A stretch of DNA of 64,000 nt. It comes from Gekko japonicus. Lineage: Eukaryota. The stretch lies in the NCBI RefSeq assembly GCF_001447785.1, contig NW_015163623.1:616843-680842 (forward strand). The letters run 5' to 3'. The position numbers were made by a program, and so were the translations under genes. This document shows positions 25,567 through 46,100 of this stretch, piece after piece (position 1 is the stretch's first letter; every line of letters begins with the position of its first letter). The notes beneath the pieces were generated by a model. It did not search any database. It was not told the origin of the DNA and saw nothing but the letters and a program-made list of their open reading frames with translations.

Positions 25567-26710
25567 ACAGCAGCTGGGAAGGGAATTTTATTCAGGAAAA
25601 TTATGAAGGAAGAAAGGGTTGATGCCACCTCCCCTGCAGTGTTACCCTCTTTAAAAGACTAGGAAGTTGAATGGATCTCCCCCACATAGTCCATGGTTTG
25701 GCCTTGATTCCCACCCGAGATACCTGTATTCTGCTCAGCTACACTGGTGAGATTTTGTGTTGGCACAGACAGAACCATAAGGCATTAGGTTTCACTGTAC
25801 TTTCTATGATGATGATGATGTTTATGCTGCCTCCCTGGGGACCCTGTCTAAAATGGGTTAAAAAACATGAAGAGAAGCTAAAAATAGCATACATAATGAA
25901 AGGGCTGTGGTGGATTAAAGCAAAACTGAAGAGGTGTATAACTTGGCCAGTTTATTACCCCACTACTCAGAAGCTCTGCCCAGAATAGAAACCTAGAATT
26001 GCTGTGGTCCATTTCCTGATCTAATCACTTCCACTCTGTTCCACAGCTCCAAAGTAATCTGGGAAGCAAGACAATAGAAATTGTAGACTGCATGCCACAA
26101 AGCTACTGAGTGCTTCAGTAAGTAATGCCTTCAAGTGCCCTAGATATAGTGGTTAATCGAAAGGGAAAGCAGCTTCCGGCTTTTCAATCTCACTGTCTCA
26201 TTCCTGCAAAAACCTAAATAAAATTCAAAAGGGCTGGGAGGGGGGTGCAGAGGAAAACACACATAGGTGGACTGGAGAGGCAGCAGTGTAGCACTGGGCA
26301 GATGCTCCCATGATGCTTGATTGCTGCAGATGAGGTTGTTCTGCCATGCTGAAGCCACAATGGAGTGACTCTGCCCACTCCCCCCAGCACTTCCTCCCTT
26401 GCATCAATTACTCATGGGCCACATAAGAGCCCTAGATGGGCCAGTTCTGGCCCCTGGGCCTTATGTTTGACACCCCTGCCCTAAATACTAATATCTAATT
26501 TTTCATTCCACTCAATCACAGCTGGGGAGAGCACAAAGAGCTCCATCACATCTTACTGGAAAGCACAATGCTCACATTGTGGTCTGAACCACCAAACCTG
26601 GATGGAGCTCAGCACGATATGTGGATGCTTAAGTAAGAGTGTAGGGGATCTCGGGGCAAACTGGACTAGGCTTCAGGAGATCCAGGATCTTCTGCAAATC
26701 AAATCAGGAC

Positions 26711-26993
26711 AAGGAGGAGAAGGAGGAGGAAGAGGAGACTGGATTTATAGCCCACCCTTCACTCGGAGTCTCACTCAGAGCAGCTTACAAATTCCCATCC
26801 CTTCCCCTCCCCACAACAGACACCCTGTGAGGTAGGTGGGACTGAGAGAGCTCTTTCGAGGACTGCTCTTGAGAGAACAGCTCTGACAGAACTATGGCTT
26901 GCCCAAGGTCACCCAGCAGCTGCAAGTGGTGGGGAATCAAACCCGGTTCTCCCAGATTAGAGTCTGCGCAGTTAACCACTACACCAAACTGTC
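26711..26993 (-). mobile_element. tRNA-derived SINE (Squam3-like)
   Basis: Reverse-strand tRNA head (AGTTTGGTGTAGTGGTTAA), GGGTGACCTTGGGC core, CCTACCTCACAGGGTG and (CTT/CCT)n tail. Confidence 0.8.
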
Positions 26994-27470
26994 TCTCAAT
27001 GAAGATGGGGACGGAGGTATAAGCCCCCTCACTTCCTGTCTGCTTTCCTTATGGGGGAACCATATCGATGCCAAAGTAACTCTGTATGTGTGTGTTTTTA
27101 AAAGCTGTATTATAACATCTTATTTTAAAAAATCCCAAGGGTTGGGTTACCAGTTGGGAAATTCCTGGAGATTTGGGGGTGGAGCCTGGGGGGCAGGGTT
27201 TGGGGAGGGACCTCAGCAGGCTATAATGCCGAAATTCCGATGTTGCGATTTTCTCCAGAGGAACTGATCTCTGTTCCCTGGAAGTCAGTTGTAACTCAAG
27301 AGATCTCCAGGCCCCACCTGGAGGTTGGCTTTCCTACGTATGTGGCATTGGCAGATCCTGAGCATACAACCTAGAGCGGGGGGGGGGGGGGGGTTTGGGC
27401 CCCGCCCAAAAAAAAAGATGCTGAGGAAAAAAACCGGGGGGGGGGGGGGGGGGGGAGATTTGGTCCCGAC

Positions 27471-27676
27471 CCATGTTCCCTCTAAGCTGTGGCGTCTGGT
27501 GAGCAATAATTCTACTTTGTGAGCTGCTGGCATTAGAGTTGTGAGCGAGCGATTTGGCTGCTGCAGAAATCAGTTTGCTCTGGAGCCATTTTCCCTGAGC
27601 TGAGACCAAAATGTGTGAGCCGGAGGCTAAAAAACTGTGAGCTAGCTCACACTAACTCAGCTTAGAGGAAACATTG
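27471..27676. mobile_element. 206-bp hAT MITE
   Basis: TIRs C[C/A]ATGTT[C/T]CCTCTAAGCTG; 8-bp TSD GTCCCGAC / GTCCCAAC; homologous to 59622-59827 in the opposite orientation. Confidence 0.9.
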
Positions 27677-27848
27677 GTCCCAACTGATCTGCAGTAAGGA
27701 GGGCCATTCTACCCATGTGGGAAAGGAACGATAGCAAGGAAACGAGGAGGCCAAAGAGCGTTTGGGAGCAAGAAAAGTCTGGGAAGTGGCAGCAGGAACC
27801 AAAAAGAAAGCTCGGGGCTGGGCTAAGACCGAGGGAGGAGCTTCGTAG

Positions 27849-35559
<7,711 letters not shown>

Positions 35560-36152
35560 AGCAGACCTGTCCCAGTCCTATTATGTGGAAGTATCAATAG
35601 ACAGCTGCACTTCTGAAAAAGACAAATCTCATGAGAACTTAAATCATGGTGACTAGATGGGTTGCATTATGAAGTAATGTGCCACACTGATCAATATTCA
35701 AGTTAAAACTGTAAAAATGCCACTTTCCAACTCTGCAATCATCTCATTATTTCTGATATCAATTTTAAAGTGGTATTTTCATATTAGATGTCTTTGATTT
35801 TTGTAAAACTAATTTAATAAACTGGTTTTTTAAACGGTAGGTAGTATCTGGACATCGCTAGGAAGGGGGTGCTGATATGAAAAGGTTGCACATTTTATGT
35901 ATAGTCTTAGAAGGGAAGAAGTGATTAAAATATGATGCCTTCAAGCAATTTGATTTCCAGAGCCCAATAAACAGCTTTGCATCAAACATTTTGCCTTAGC
36001 TACTTGCTTCCCTGGCAGCACACATCTCAAATAGGATGGTTAGTCTAAACTCTGCATGACCTAGCTCTGAGTAGAGGTAACAGTAGCCCCCGGTTTAAAC
36101 AGTCTTGGTCCTTGACAAAGGCTAAAGTCTGTTTAAAATCAATTAGTGTTAC

Positions 36153-36158
36153 AATAAA
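36153..36158 (+). terminator. Candidate AK3 polyadenylation signal (alternative at 35966-35971)
   Basis: AATAAA about 600 nt after the AK3 stop codon. Confidence 0.5.
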
Positions 36159-39100
36159 AGTACATTTTATTAACAGATGGTGACAGATCCAAAAGTCAGA
36201 TGGGACAGTTTTACAGGTCTCTTTTCCAGGCTGTGAAGCTTAAGTCACATTAAGGCTTTAGAAGTATTTGTATTTTAAATGAAGTTACAAAAGCAAGGGT
36301 GTCTCACTAAAGTTTTCATAGGCTAAATTACCACTCTAGAAAACCAATTCAAAGAAACAAAATCACTAACAAAACATGGTTGGTACAGTAGAATGCAACC
36401 AAACCTTGAGCAACCTCTGAAAAGTAGTCTGGTAATAAGATAACAGCCTAAATACAGCAATAACAGACAAATATTGTATATTCCAGCTTTTTAAAAGACA
36501 AAGTGGAGTGATTAGAAACAAAAATAGCACCATAAAATAAATGGAGCTGTCAACTGATAAGCCATTTGCTCTTCCCACTACATACATAAAAATTTATTAC
36601 AGAGGTTTTGATACCCCCCCCCCCCAGGAAGGCTGGGAGTGTGGGTCAATGAATTTTGACACTTTTCTGTCCCAAAAGATCTATAATCCCTGCAGTAATA
36701 ATATTGTGAAAATAGAGCTCTCTCAATTCTGTACTGGTGGGAGAATGCCACTATAGTAATAATTTAGGCAGCTAAAGGCCATATTTTACAAGTATACCTA
36801 AAATAGAAAGCTTGAATGGAACAAACATGTTTGCAAGCCCATGTTTCAGACCAGTGGCTGCAGCTGAGTGTACACTCAATAGCAAACCCAAGTTTGCCTC
36901 TGCATATTGTGTGAAATAGTCCCAACAATCCTACGCACATTTACATGGAAGCCCAGAGATTTTAGTGAATTTAATGGCCAAGTTCAGAACTAGCATATAA
37001 ACCAATCAATTTCTCCTGAGAGTCCCCAAACATCTGATAGTTACAATGCTACTAGCAACTCCAGAAAGGCTAATTTTGACCATGTGCGAATGAAATACAA
37101 GTTTAAGAAATGAGATCCTGGAATACTCTTTGTAAAGGAGAACACATCAAGCTTCATGCTACTGGTTCATATCATTAAGTCCTCCATATCTGAATATCTG
37201 TTGCCTTGAAAACCCTACAGGGTTGCCATGGGTTGGCTGCCAAAAAAAAAAGCTGTGTTCTGCTTGCATATGAGAAAAGGTCTCTTTTGTATGTTTTATA
37301 TTCACAAACCCATGAGTGATATCAATCCAACCACAGGAGTCCACTGGAGAACATAAAACACTTTTTGTGGCCAGGGCAATTGTAAGCATAACGCCATATC
37401 CTTGATGAAGACACAATCCCAGAAACATCAGTAAATCATTACAGAATATGTAACAGTGGTCAGTTGCTCCATTCCCTGTTGACTTGTCATCCATTCAGTA
37501 CCTAAAGGTTTCCAGACAAGGAAGCTGATTAATGATCACAGAAGATTTGTTATTTGTCCCCTCTCTTTTTTTAAACCACTAATTTTCCATCAAGTTCACA
37601 AATCAGTCTGTATTTACACAAAAAAAGGGAAGTTGCTTTGTTTTTAAACTATTGCCAATGAATCTCATCTGACAGTCTCCTAATACCCGTAAAGTTTACC
37701 ACTTCATGTTTTCATGCAGCTTTCCTTTGAAATTCCTTTTAGGGATAAATGTACTCTATCGTATTCATGCTTATGTGGCAAAAATTTCAATGGTGCATAC
37801 TTCCACACTTGCATGCAGGGATGGAGAAAAATGTACTAATTTAAAAACAGGGATCTCATATAAACCCAAAGTAAGCAGAGAGTTGCAGAACCTGGTCGAG
37901 GTATCATTCCACACCCCAGTAAATTCAATTGTGTTTTTGTAACACTAACAGCTACCACCCAAAACTTTTTCCTACAGTAAAGTGACAATAAGCAAGAAGA
38001 AAACCTTTGTTTCCTTGCCTGTAAAGTTAAAAGGCAAAGTCACTCAATCTTACATATTGAACTTAAAGGGAAACTTTCAGTTCCAATTCTACACAAGGAC
38101 ACGGTGCCCTGGATCTACAGCATTTAATATATGAAGGTGGAAACTAGGAGGGCTCTAATGATTAGAAACCATATTCTGAAGTGATGTCATTACAACAGCT
38201 GGAAAGCAAAGAACCACATATTTAATAGCAAAGTTGGAACTTTGTGTGAAGATTAGGCCATTCTCTTGCGCCTCAGTGTCTGATCCCTTAAAGTAAAAAT
38301 GTTTTCAGCTAAGTGAACGTCTTATCTCCTCTTTTTGGGACATCCAAAGAAACTGTTTCAACTACAGAATGTGGACTGGACACATGCTAAGGATGATTTT
38401 GCTTCATACTTCGAGCCTCATTGACAGTCAGGGTACAGAAGAAAGGACAGTTTATCTAGCAACAGTGCCACTGCCCATTAGTTATAAATAGTAAGTAATG
38501 CCTAGGGGAATGTGCCCCCCCTTCAACTTGGTTCTGTTTGTTTAGCTGGTATGTTAAAATACTGTTTTCTGCATAGACCAGAATATAAAGCAATTATGTA
38601 CATACTGAGAAAATAATGTCTACACCCCGATTCTTAGTTACACCTTCTTCTACTTCAGCTCCTACTGCTAAATAGGCAAGCCACTGGTCCATTTTTTTTT
38701 GTTTAAAGCTTCACTTCCTGGCACCAGGAAGTCTACAGATAACAGTTCATTTGTACACACAGTTCTACATCGTGCACTTATATAACTCCTCTGGAATCCA
38801 ATGGTAGGTTTCCCTATGGGCTGCCATTTCCACCAGATTAAGTAAGGAACAAGGGAACCGAGGCAAACAAGTTTCAGATTAAAATCTAGCATATCTCTCC
38901 CTGATTCTGGGATGGATCACACCCATGCCCCCTGCGAGAGCTGAAACTGCATTGTCACTAAACAGCAACAACCCATTCATGTCTTCAGCCTGTCTAGCTG
39001 CAGCATGGCAACTGCAGAAGGGTGGAAGATGGCGGTGACTTCCTGTTGGAATCATGAGAACAATTTTCATGTAAAGATGACAGAGTTTGGTGTATATGGA

Positions 39101-39623
39101 AAACACTCTAGGACCAGGAACTGATAAAACAAATTCTTTGGGTGCTGGAGATGTTTTCATTTTACATTATCAACTGGAGACTTGCCCTGCTGAGGCAAAC
39201 CTTAAGCTTCACACTCAATACAGTTTGCTTTTAAAAAGTTTTGTTTGGATTTGGCACTTAAGTTCCCTTAAATACTTATCTTAACTTAAAAAAAATTATC
39301 ACAATCACTCTTTGGGTACAAAAGTAACCAGCTAATGCTGATTTCTCTTCCCTTCTGAATGCCCAGTGGCAGATGTGTGTTAAACCATTCCCTTGTTCTA
39401 GGAAAATTAGCTTTCCTGCAACAATAGCTCTAGAAAATATTGTTTTCACATTCAAGTCTGGGCAACTGTTGCCACTTGCACATCAAATTAGGGTAATGTC
39501 AAAACAAAAAATAAAAGCCTTTGGCCCAAAGCCGAAAATTAATATGTCATCCTGGCAACAGAGTTAAAAGGCCAGTGCTCCCCCCCCGCCATCCAAATCA
39601 GCAATGTTGCTAGCAACCACTGA

Positions 39624-39629
39624 TTTATT
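39624..39629 (-). terminator. Candidate proximal CDC37L1 polyadenylation signal (distal candidates at 36593-36598 and 36166-36171)
   Basis: AATAAA on the minus strand about 450 nt after the stop codon. Confidence 0.45.
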
Positions 39630-40073
39630 GCTATTCATGATAAAATCAGATTTGAGTGCTCACAATACAAGCAATAGAATGTATAACAATGATCTCAAAA
39701 TCCAGAGTGAGACATGGGCATGTCTAATAAGACTAAAGCAGATTCCTCCTAGGATTAACTACTTGTAAACATTGCAACTGTGCAGATTTCCCCCCATAAT
39801 TTGATTCCTAAAATTAAAAAGGGCAGAGTTTAGTAGTAGCAGAAGAAACCTCCAGTTTCACATTCAGCGACAGATAAGAATCTCTCTCCTAAAACACAAA
39901 CAAAAGAAAACAAAAACCCTAGCAGCACATTTTCCAAACGAAGGACAAGTGTGTTTCTGGATTACCCTCTCTCCAAAAAACAGCCAAACTAAAGTGCAGC
40001 ACCCTTAAAAAGAAGTCTCAATAAAGTCAGCATGTTCTTTTCTTTGCAATAAGAGCAGCTGGGCTCAGGAGTA

Positions 40074-40157
40074 CTATACGGTATCCATCATTTTGGGTTC
40101 TTCCTCATCCCTGTGTACCACTGAATTCCCACTACAGCCTTGAAGCGACTCTGCATT
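40074..40157 (-). CDS. CDC37L1: CDC37L1 coding exon 7 (terminal)
   Basis: NAESLQGCSGNSVVHRDEEEPKMMDTV then TAG. Confidence 0.93.
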   Translation of the reverse strand, partial: NAESLQGCSGNSVVHRDEEEPKMMDTV

Positions 40158-43100
40158 CTGTAACGAAGAGCATAAAGACCAGGAAGTCACTTCTGGGCAA
40201 ATGTCTCATTCAAAACTCATATGTCAAGAGAATGTTGGATCAAACTTCCTGCCTCCCTCTTAGCCATCCAAGGCTTTAATACCACCCCCAAAAGTAATTG
40301 TCACCCATCCTATTGGTATTCTAGAAACATTCATTAAAATCATTTTTCATGTATGAACTACTACTAGCCATTGTTGAGACTGATGCTGGCAGCAGCTTTC
40401 TGGAAGCCAACGAAGCAGTTTTGGAACTTCCTTTCAGAGGTTGTTTGTTTGGTTTCCTCTCTGCTAATATCACACAGATTTTTATTTACTTCATTTAATC
40501 CCCACCTTTCTCCCCAATACAGTCCCGAAGTGGATTACATCATCCTCCTCGCCTCCATTTTATCCTAATAACCACCCTGTGAGGTAGGGTAGGCTGACTG
40601 TGTGTGGCTGGCCCAAGGTCACCCTGCAAACTTCCAGGCAATGTGAGGATCTGAATCTGGGACTCTAGATTTAAAGTCCTGCACTCTAACCACTACACCA
40701 CTCCAGTGAAAACTTTTCTGCTTGTTACCACTGGAAAGTTAAACTTTGTTTTCTTATTCATGTATTTTCCAAGTCAACTCTTTTCACAGCTTCTGCTTTT
40801 GTTCTATAGGTTTTTGTTTTATAGGTTTTTATGTTAATTTAGGTTATTAACATTTTTGAGATATTTTAACATTATTTTAAAAGTATCCTGCCCCTCAACA
40901 CAGAAGTTCTTGGGTGGTTTGTAACAAATTAAATACAAAGACACAACGCAGTACCAAAAAAACTCACTCCAAAAATCACAGTGGAAACAATCTTAAAGCA
41001 GCATTTAAAGCAAATTAAAAGCAATTAAGACCAAAATTAAGATCCATCAAGATATAAAACAGCAGAGCAGGAAAAAATGCCAGGGCAAATGGGACAACAA
41101 AACAAACTTAAACAATGAACATAAAAGAGTAAATCCATGAAGCATGACAAAATAAAAATAAACTGACAACACAACATTTAACAAAAACTCAAACAAACAA
41201 ATACATGCCTGGTGCCAGAAAGTTATCAGATCCAGCACCAGGTGCATAAGTGCAAAGAGGGCATGTATAGCCTTTGTTACCCCATCTTGGAGTTCTGTTA
41301 GCTCCTGACTTCTATGGGCATGGGAGGATGGCTGACCGGCCACTTCCCAGAGAATGTTTTTGTTTGCACTCTCCCGAATCCTTATCTAGAAAGCTGACTT
41401 GTTTCCCTCAGTTACTAAGTACCAGGTGCAAGGTCTCTCAGTGTCTAGAATGTAGCTTTGATGATGCTATTTGATGCTATTACTTGTAGCCAGCAATTAG
41501 GGTATAAGATGTTTAGTTCTAGCTATGCATCTCATCTTGGGTTTTGGCTGACTTCACTGTGTGTAGCTGAGGTCCAGTGGACTGAAATTAGCTTGCTATT
41601 TCTGTAAGTTTCTTTATTAAAATCTCCTTGTAAGTAAACCTGGATCTTGCATATCGTTGTCTTGGGATTTCTGGAAATCCCAGAGCTTCTAGTTAGGGTT
41701 TCAAACAGGGCATTTCACATATGGGGAGTCATGACAGAAAAGGCCCTGCTTCTTGTAACAGATCACCTCACTTCTGTTACTAATGACACAACACATGATA
41801 AAACAAAGTTCAGTGGTACCTTAAAGATAAACTACATTTATTTCAATATGAGCTTTCATGAGTCATAGCCCATGTCTTCAGATGTGTATGTGAAGGTAAA
41901 ATTGTACTGGGACATCTTATGGGGAAGGTTTGGGTTGTATGAATGATCAGAATGACTTTCAAGTGTAAATCTCAATGTAAAAAGGAAGAGCAGAGGTAGA
42001 AAGGTTAGGTGAAAGTCCTAATAAATCAGCACAAAGCAGGGCCTGTTATAGAGCTCTTAACTGACAGGTAGGAATGTACAGAAGCAGGTGGTCCTTCAAA
42101 TATTGCATTGTACATCACTTTAAACATGTCCCCTTTTGGAAAGCAGTATTTAATAAAATTAATCTTGGTGAACAAACCACAGGGTTGAGCAGGCCTTGTA
42201 TTAATGGAACAGCAAAAAAAAAAGACATGATAACACTAAAAAACACAGGCAAAGATTCATGGGCAAAAACCATTCTGGCATGTTTTAAGACTGGTAACCT
42301 CAGATGTTCCGCAAGACTCAAGCTTGGGAGTCACTGAACATTTTCATCAGGCATCTCTGCTGCTGAAATACTCCTAGTAATAGAACTGGCAGCCACTACC
42401 TAGGAGACATCGATGCAAATGGTAACTAGAAAAATATAGCTTAGAAGGATGAACCCCATGGACTGGAATAATAGAAACAGGAAAATCAATAGCAGAAATA
42501 TATGGTTATGCACATGAGGATGAACAACTGTGGCCCCGGTCACACGGGCAGGAAACTGCAGAGGAGAAGCGTGGCTGTTTGCCCTGGGGCAAACTACTGC
42601 GCAGTTACGTGATCAGACCTCCTGTGGAGGTACCGTGGAGGTAGAGCTGAGCAAGTGACCTGCAGGTCTTGCTTTAAATAGTTTATATCCTATTGTTAGC
42701 CCAGAGGTTTCAAAGAAAAAAGAAAATTGGGGAGCATTTTGGCCTTATCCCATAAAGAATGGCAAAGTACTTTTGTATCTTTTGCGGTAATCTTGATTTG
42801 GTATCCTAGATTTATGTCTAACATAGGGCTCCTTGTCTGATGCTTTATAAACTAAGTTAGCCCACACACACATTTGGATATGAAGAACTATATTCTTGAT
42901 TAAGGTAGCATTTTCAATACTTCAATAAGACATACATACTGTGGTTGGGTTGTGCAACTCACAGTGCAATCTTAACTCTTCCAAAGAAGTCTTAGAAGGG
43001 TACAAATTTTGCTTACGATTACACAGTCTCTTAAATTCTTGAGACTTTGACCCTAATAGGTCTCATTCCCCTGTCATGTTTATTTATTTATTCATTCAAT

Positions 43101-46100
43101 TTATACCCCACCCTCCCTGCTGGAGCAGGTTCCGGGCGGCTTACATGTTGACATCATCATTCTCCACACAGTAGAAGGGGAGATATAACCCCCAGAGGTT
43201 TTAAAGAAAAAATCCTAGGCCACATTAGTTGAAAATTGGGGAGCATTTTGGCGTTATCCCATAAAGCATGGCAAAGTTCTTTTGTATCTTTTGCGGTAAT
43301 CTTGATTTGGTATCCTAGATTTATGTCTAACATAGGGCTCCTTGTCTGATGCTTTATAAACTAAGTTAGCCCACACACACATTTGAATATGAAGGACTAT
43401 ATTCTTGATTAAGGTAGCATTTTTAATACTTCAAGACATATATACTGTGGTTGGGTTGTGCAACTCACAGTGCAATCTTAACTCTTCCAAAGAAGTCTTA
43501 GAAGGGTACAAATTTTGCTTACGATTACACAGTCTCTTAAATTCTTGAGACTTTGACCCTAATAGGTCTCATTCCCCTGTCATGTTTATTTATTTATTCA
43601 TTCAATTTATACCCCACCCTCCCTGCTGGAGCAGGTTCCGGGCGGCTTACATGTTGACATCATCATTCTCCACACAGTAGAAGGGGAGATATAACCATGC
43701 TAGTTGGGACAAAAACATGGGGGAGAGCTGGTAAACAGCAATTCTTGGGTGGTTTAGTGTTGGCTATGGAGTTCTATCTGGGCAAAGCTACAGCATTCAG
43801 AAAGCCCCAAGTGATGATCATTTTGACATACAAATTGGTTTACCAAGTATTTTCATCCAAATCTCCTACTGTAAGAGGCTTTTTGTTTCAGGGGGAAAAT
43901 TGAAACGTCATTCATCTTGTGGGACCTCACCTAAGAAGTTTTCCTCATGGATTTCATGTTAATTACAATTTGTTTCGAATTTTAGGTTCAATTTTTATGT
44001 TTGGAGTAGTATCAGATAAAGCTGTGTATGTGAGGACCAAGTATTTTCATCCAACTCTCCTACTGTAAGAGGTTTTTTGTTTCAGGGGGAAAATTGAAAC
44101 ATCATTCATCTTGTGGGACCTCACCTAAGAAGTTTTCCTCATGGATTTCATGTTAATTACAATTTGTTTCGAATTTTAGGTTCAATTTTTATGTTTGGAG
44201 TAGTATCAGATAAAGCTGTGTATGTAAAGGCTGAAGGTTTAATAGATTAATCACTGGGATGCTGGACGTATTGCTGGCTTTACCCACAGCTGGGGAGAAT
44301 GGAAGCAATCATGATAGACATTCACTCCCTGCTTCATGGTGTTAAGGGCCTTTAACACACAAGCACTAGGTCCTGCTATAACCTGGTATCCACAGAAACA
44401 TTGCCTTACTCAGCTGGCACAATGCTGAGAAAGGAGGGAAGAAAAAGGAGAAAATAAACAAGTTTCTTCTGAGAAGATACTGCTAGGCATTAAAAGTGGC
44501 AGAAAACTACATTCATAACAAGACCTACCTGTGTAAAAGATGTAAACCCTCCTATAGAATTGAGGCTGGTATGAACGGAAGGATTCTGAACAGACATTGC
44601 TTGAAAATTTTGGGACTGCGAACAAATTCTCACTCTTGATTTGAATGCTTCAAGTTCGTTTTTAAAAGCCTCCAAATAGCCTTCTTCGCCCATCTGTCAA
44701 AAAAAAGAGTAATGACTCACAAGCAATTATGTGGTTCTCAGATTTCATGCTCAAGGTTACAAATACTCTGTACTAAAGAAGTAAAATAAAATTTCTCTGG
44801 CCAGGTAATCCACACTCTGTGTCCAAAAGCTCAATGCAATGACTTGTATAAATATGACAATTCAGTAAATGCATGTAACTTGACTTTATTTTATAGGATT
44901 TTCCCCTTCTCCCCACTAAGTTGTTCTAATTCTCCTGGCCTTTTTTTTTGGGGGGGGGGGTTATTTTTATTAAGAACAATACACTATAACAATCAATATT
45001 CAAAAAGGTAAGCCTATACTAGCCATAGTTTCAGTAAAACCAATTCAAAAAGGAAAGACAAATAAATATAACAACAATAATAATATTAACAAGAACATCA
45101 AACCATAATTTAAAAATACAGTAGAGTTCTATAAAATGTATTATTAGGCAACACTTCATGTTCTGTTAAGTAATCTATAACTGGATACCAAATGGCAACA
45201 AAGTGTTCTTCTTGTCTTGCAGTCTGATCAGCCAATAGCTATGCTAAATAGCACAGCCCTACCAGTAAGCTATGGAAATATTACTCTACCACTCTGTTGA
45301 CTTCTGAAACTTCCGTAAACATTGCCCACACACTATGAAGTATTGCTGCAAGCACAAGAACTAGAAACTGTCTTCCTTTTTTAAAAAAATGAGAGGGGAG
45401 ACTATAAGAAAGCTGATTTCTCCACCATCATAGAATCTCTGCATGCACCCAGCCTTGCTGATAGCTACTGTTGCATACAGCCCATAAAAAGAAACTAAAC
45501 ATGAATGGCCCTCTCTCAAGCTACTTACATACTAAACTATGTAAATTATGTGCATAAATCTTTCCTGCAGTGAGAATTTAAATATAAGAGCAACTTGCAG
45601 GGTAACTTTGTGACTTGATAATATGTAAAGTGCCTTCTTGAATGCCACAGAATGAAACCGGGTACTAAAAGACAAAAGAACATATATTCCATGTGTCCCT
45701 CTTTAAAGCTTAAGGCATTCCTTTGCAAGTGCATTTGACAGCAAGACCCAGTGCTTGAAATGGAAACAGATTTTTTTCATAGCTATCCACAACACACAGC
45801 CAGTGTGACCTGTGAATATTTTTAGACATCCGTTTGCTTTGCTGTGCTCAAGCCAAGTGCGGTCCAGGCTCCACAAGTCTATTTATAGCAATGGAATGTA
45901 GAACTCTTTAAAATATAATTCCATATCAAGAACTACCACCAAAGCTCTGGTATTTATTTACTCCATTTGCACTCCACCTTTCTGCCCACTGGAGACCAAA
46001 AGTGGCTTATGTTGTTCTCTTCACCATTCTATCAAATTCTTTTTTTTCAAATTCAAATACCTTTTATTGGCATACAACACCATTCTATCTTCACAATAAC

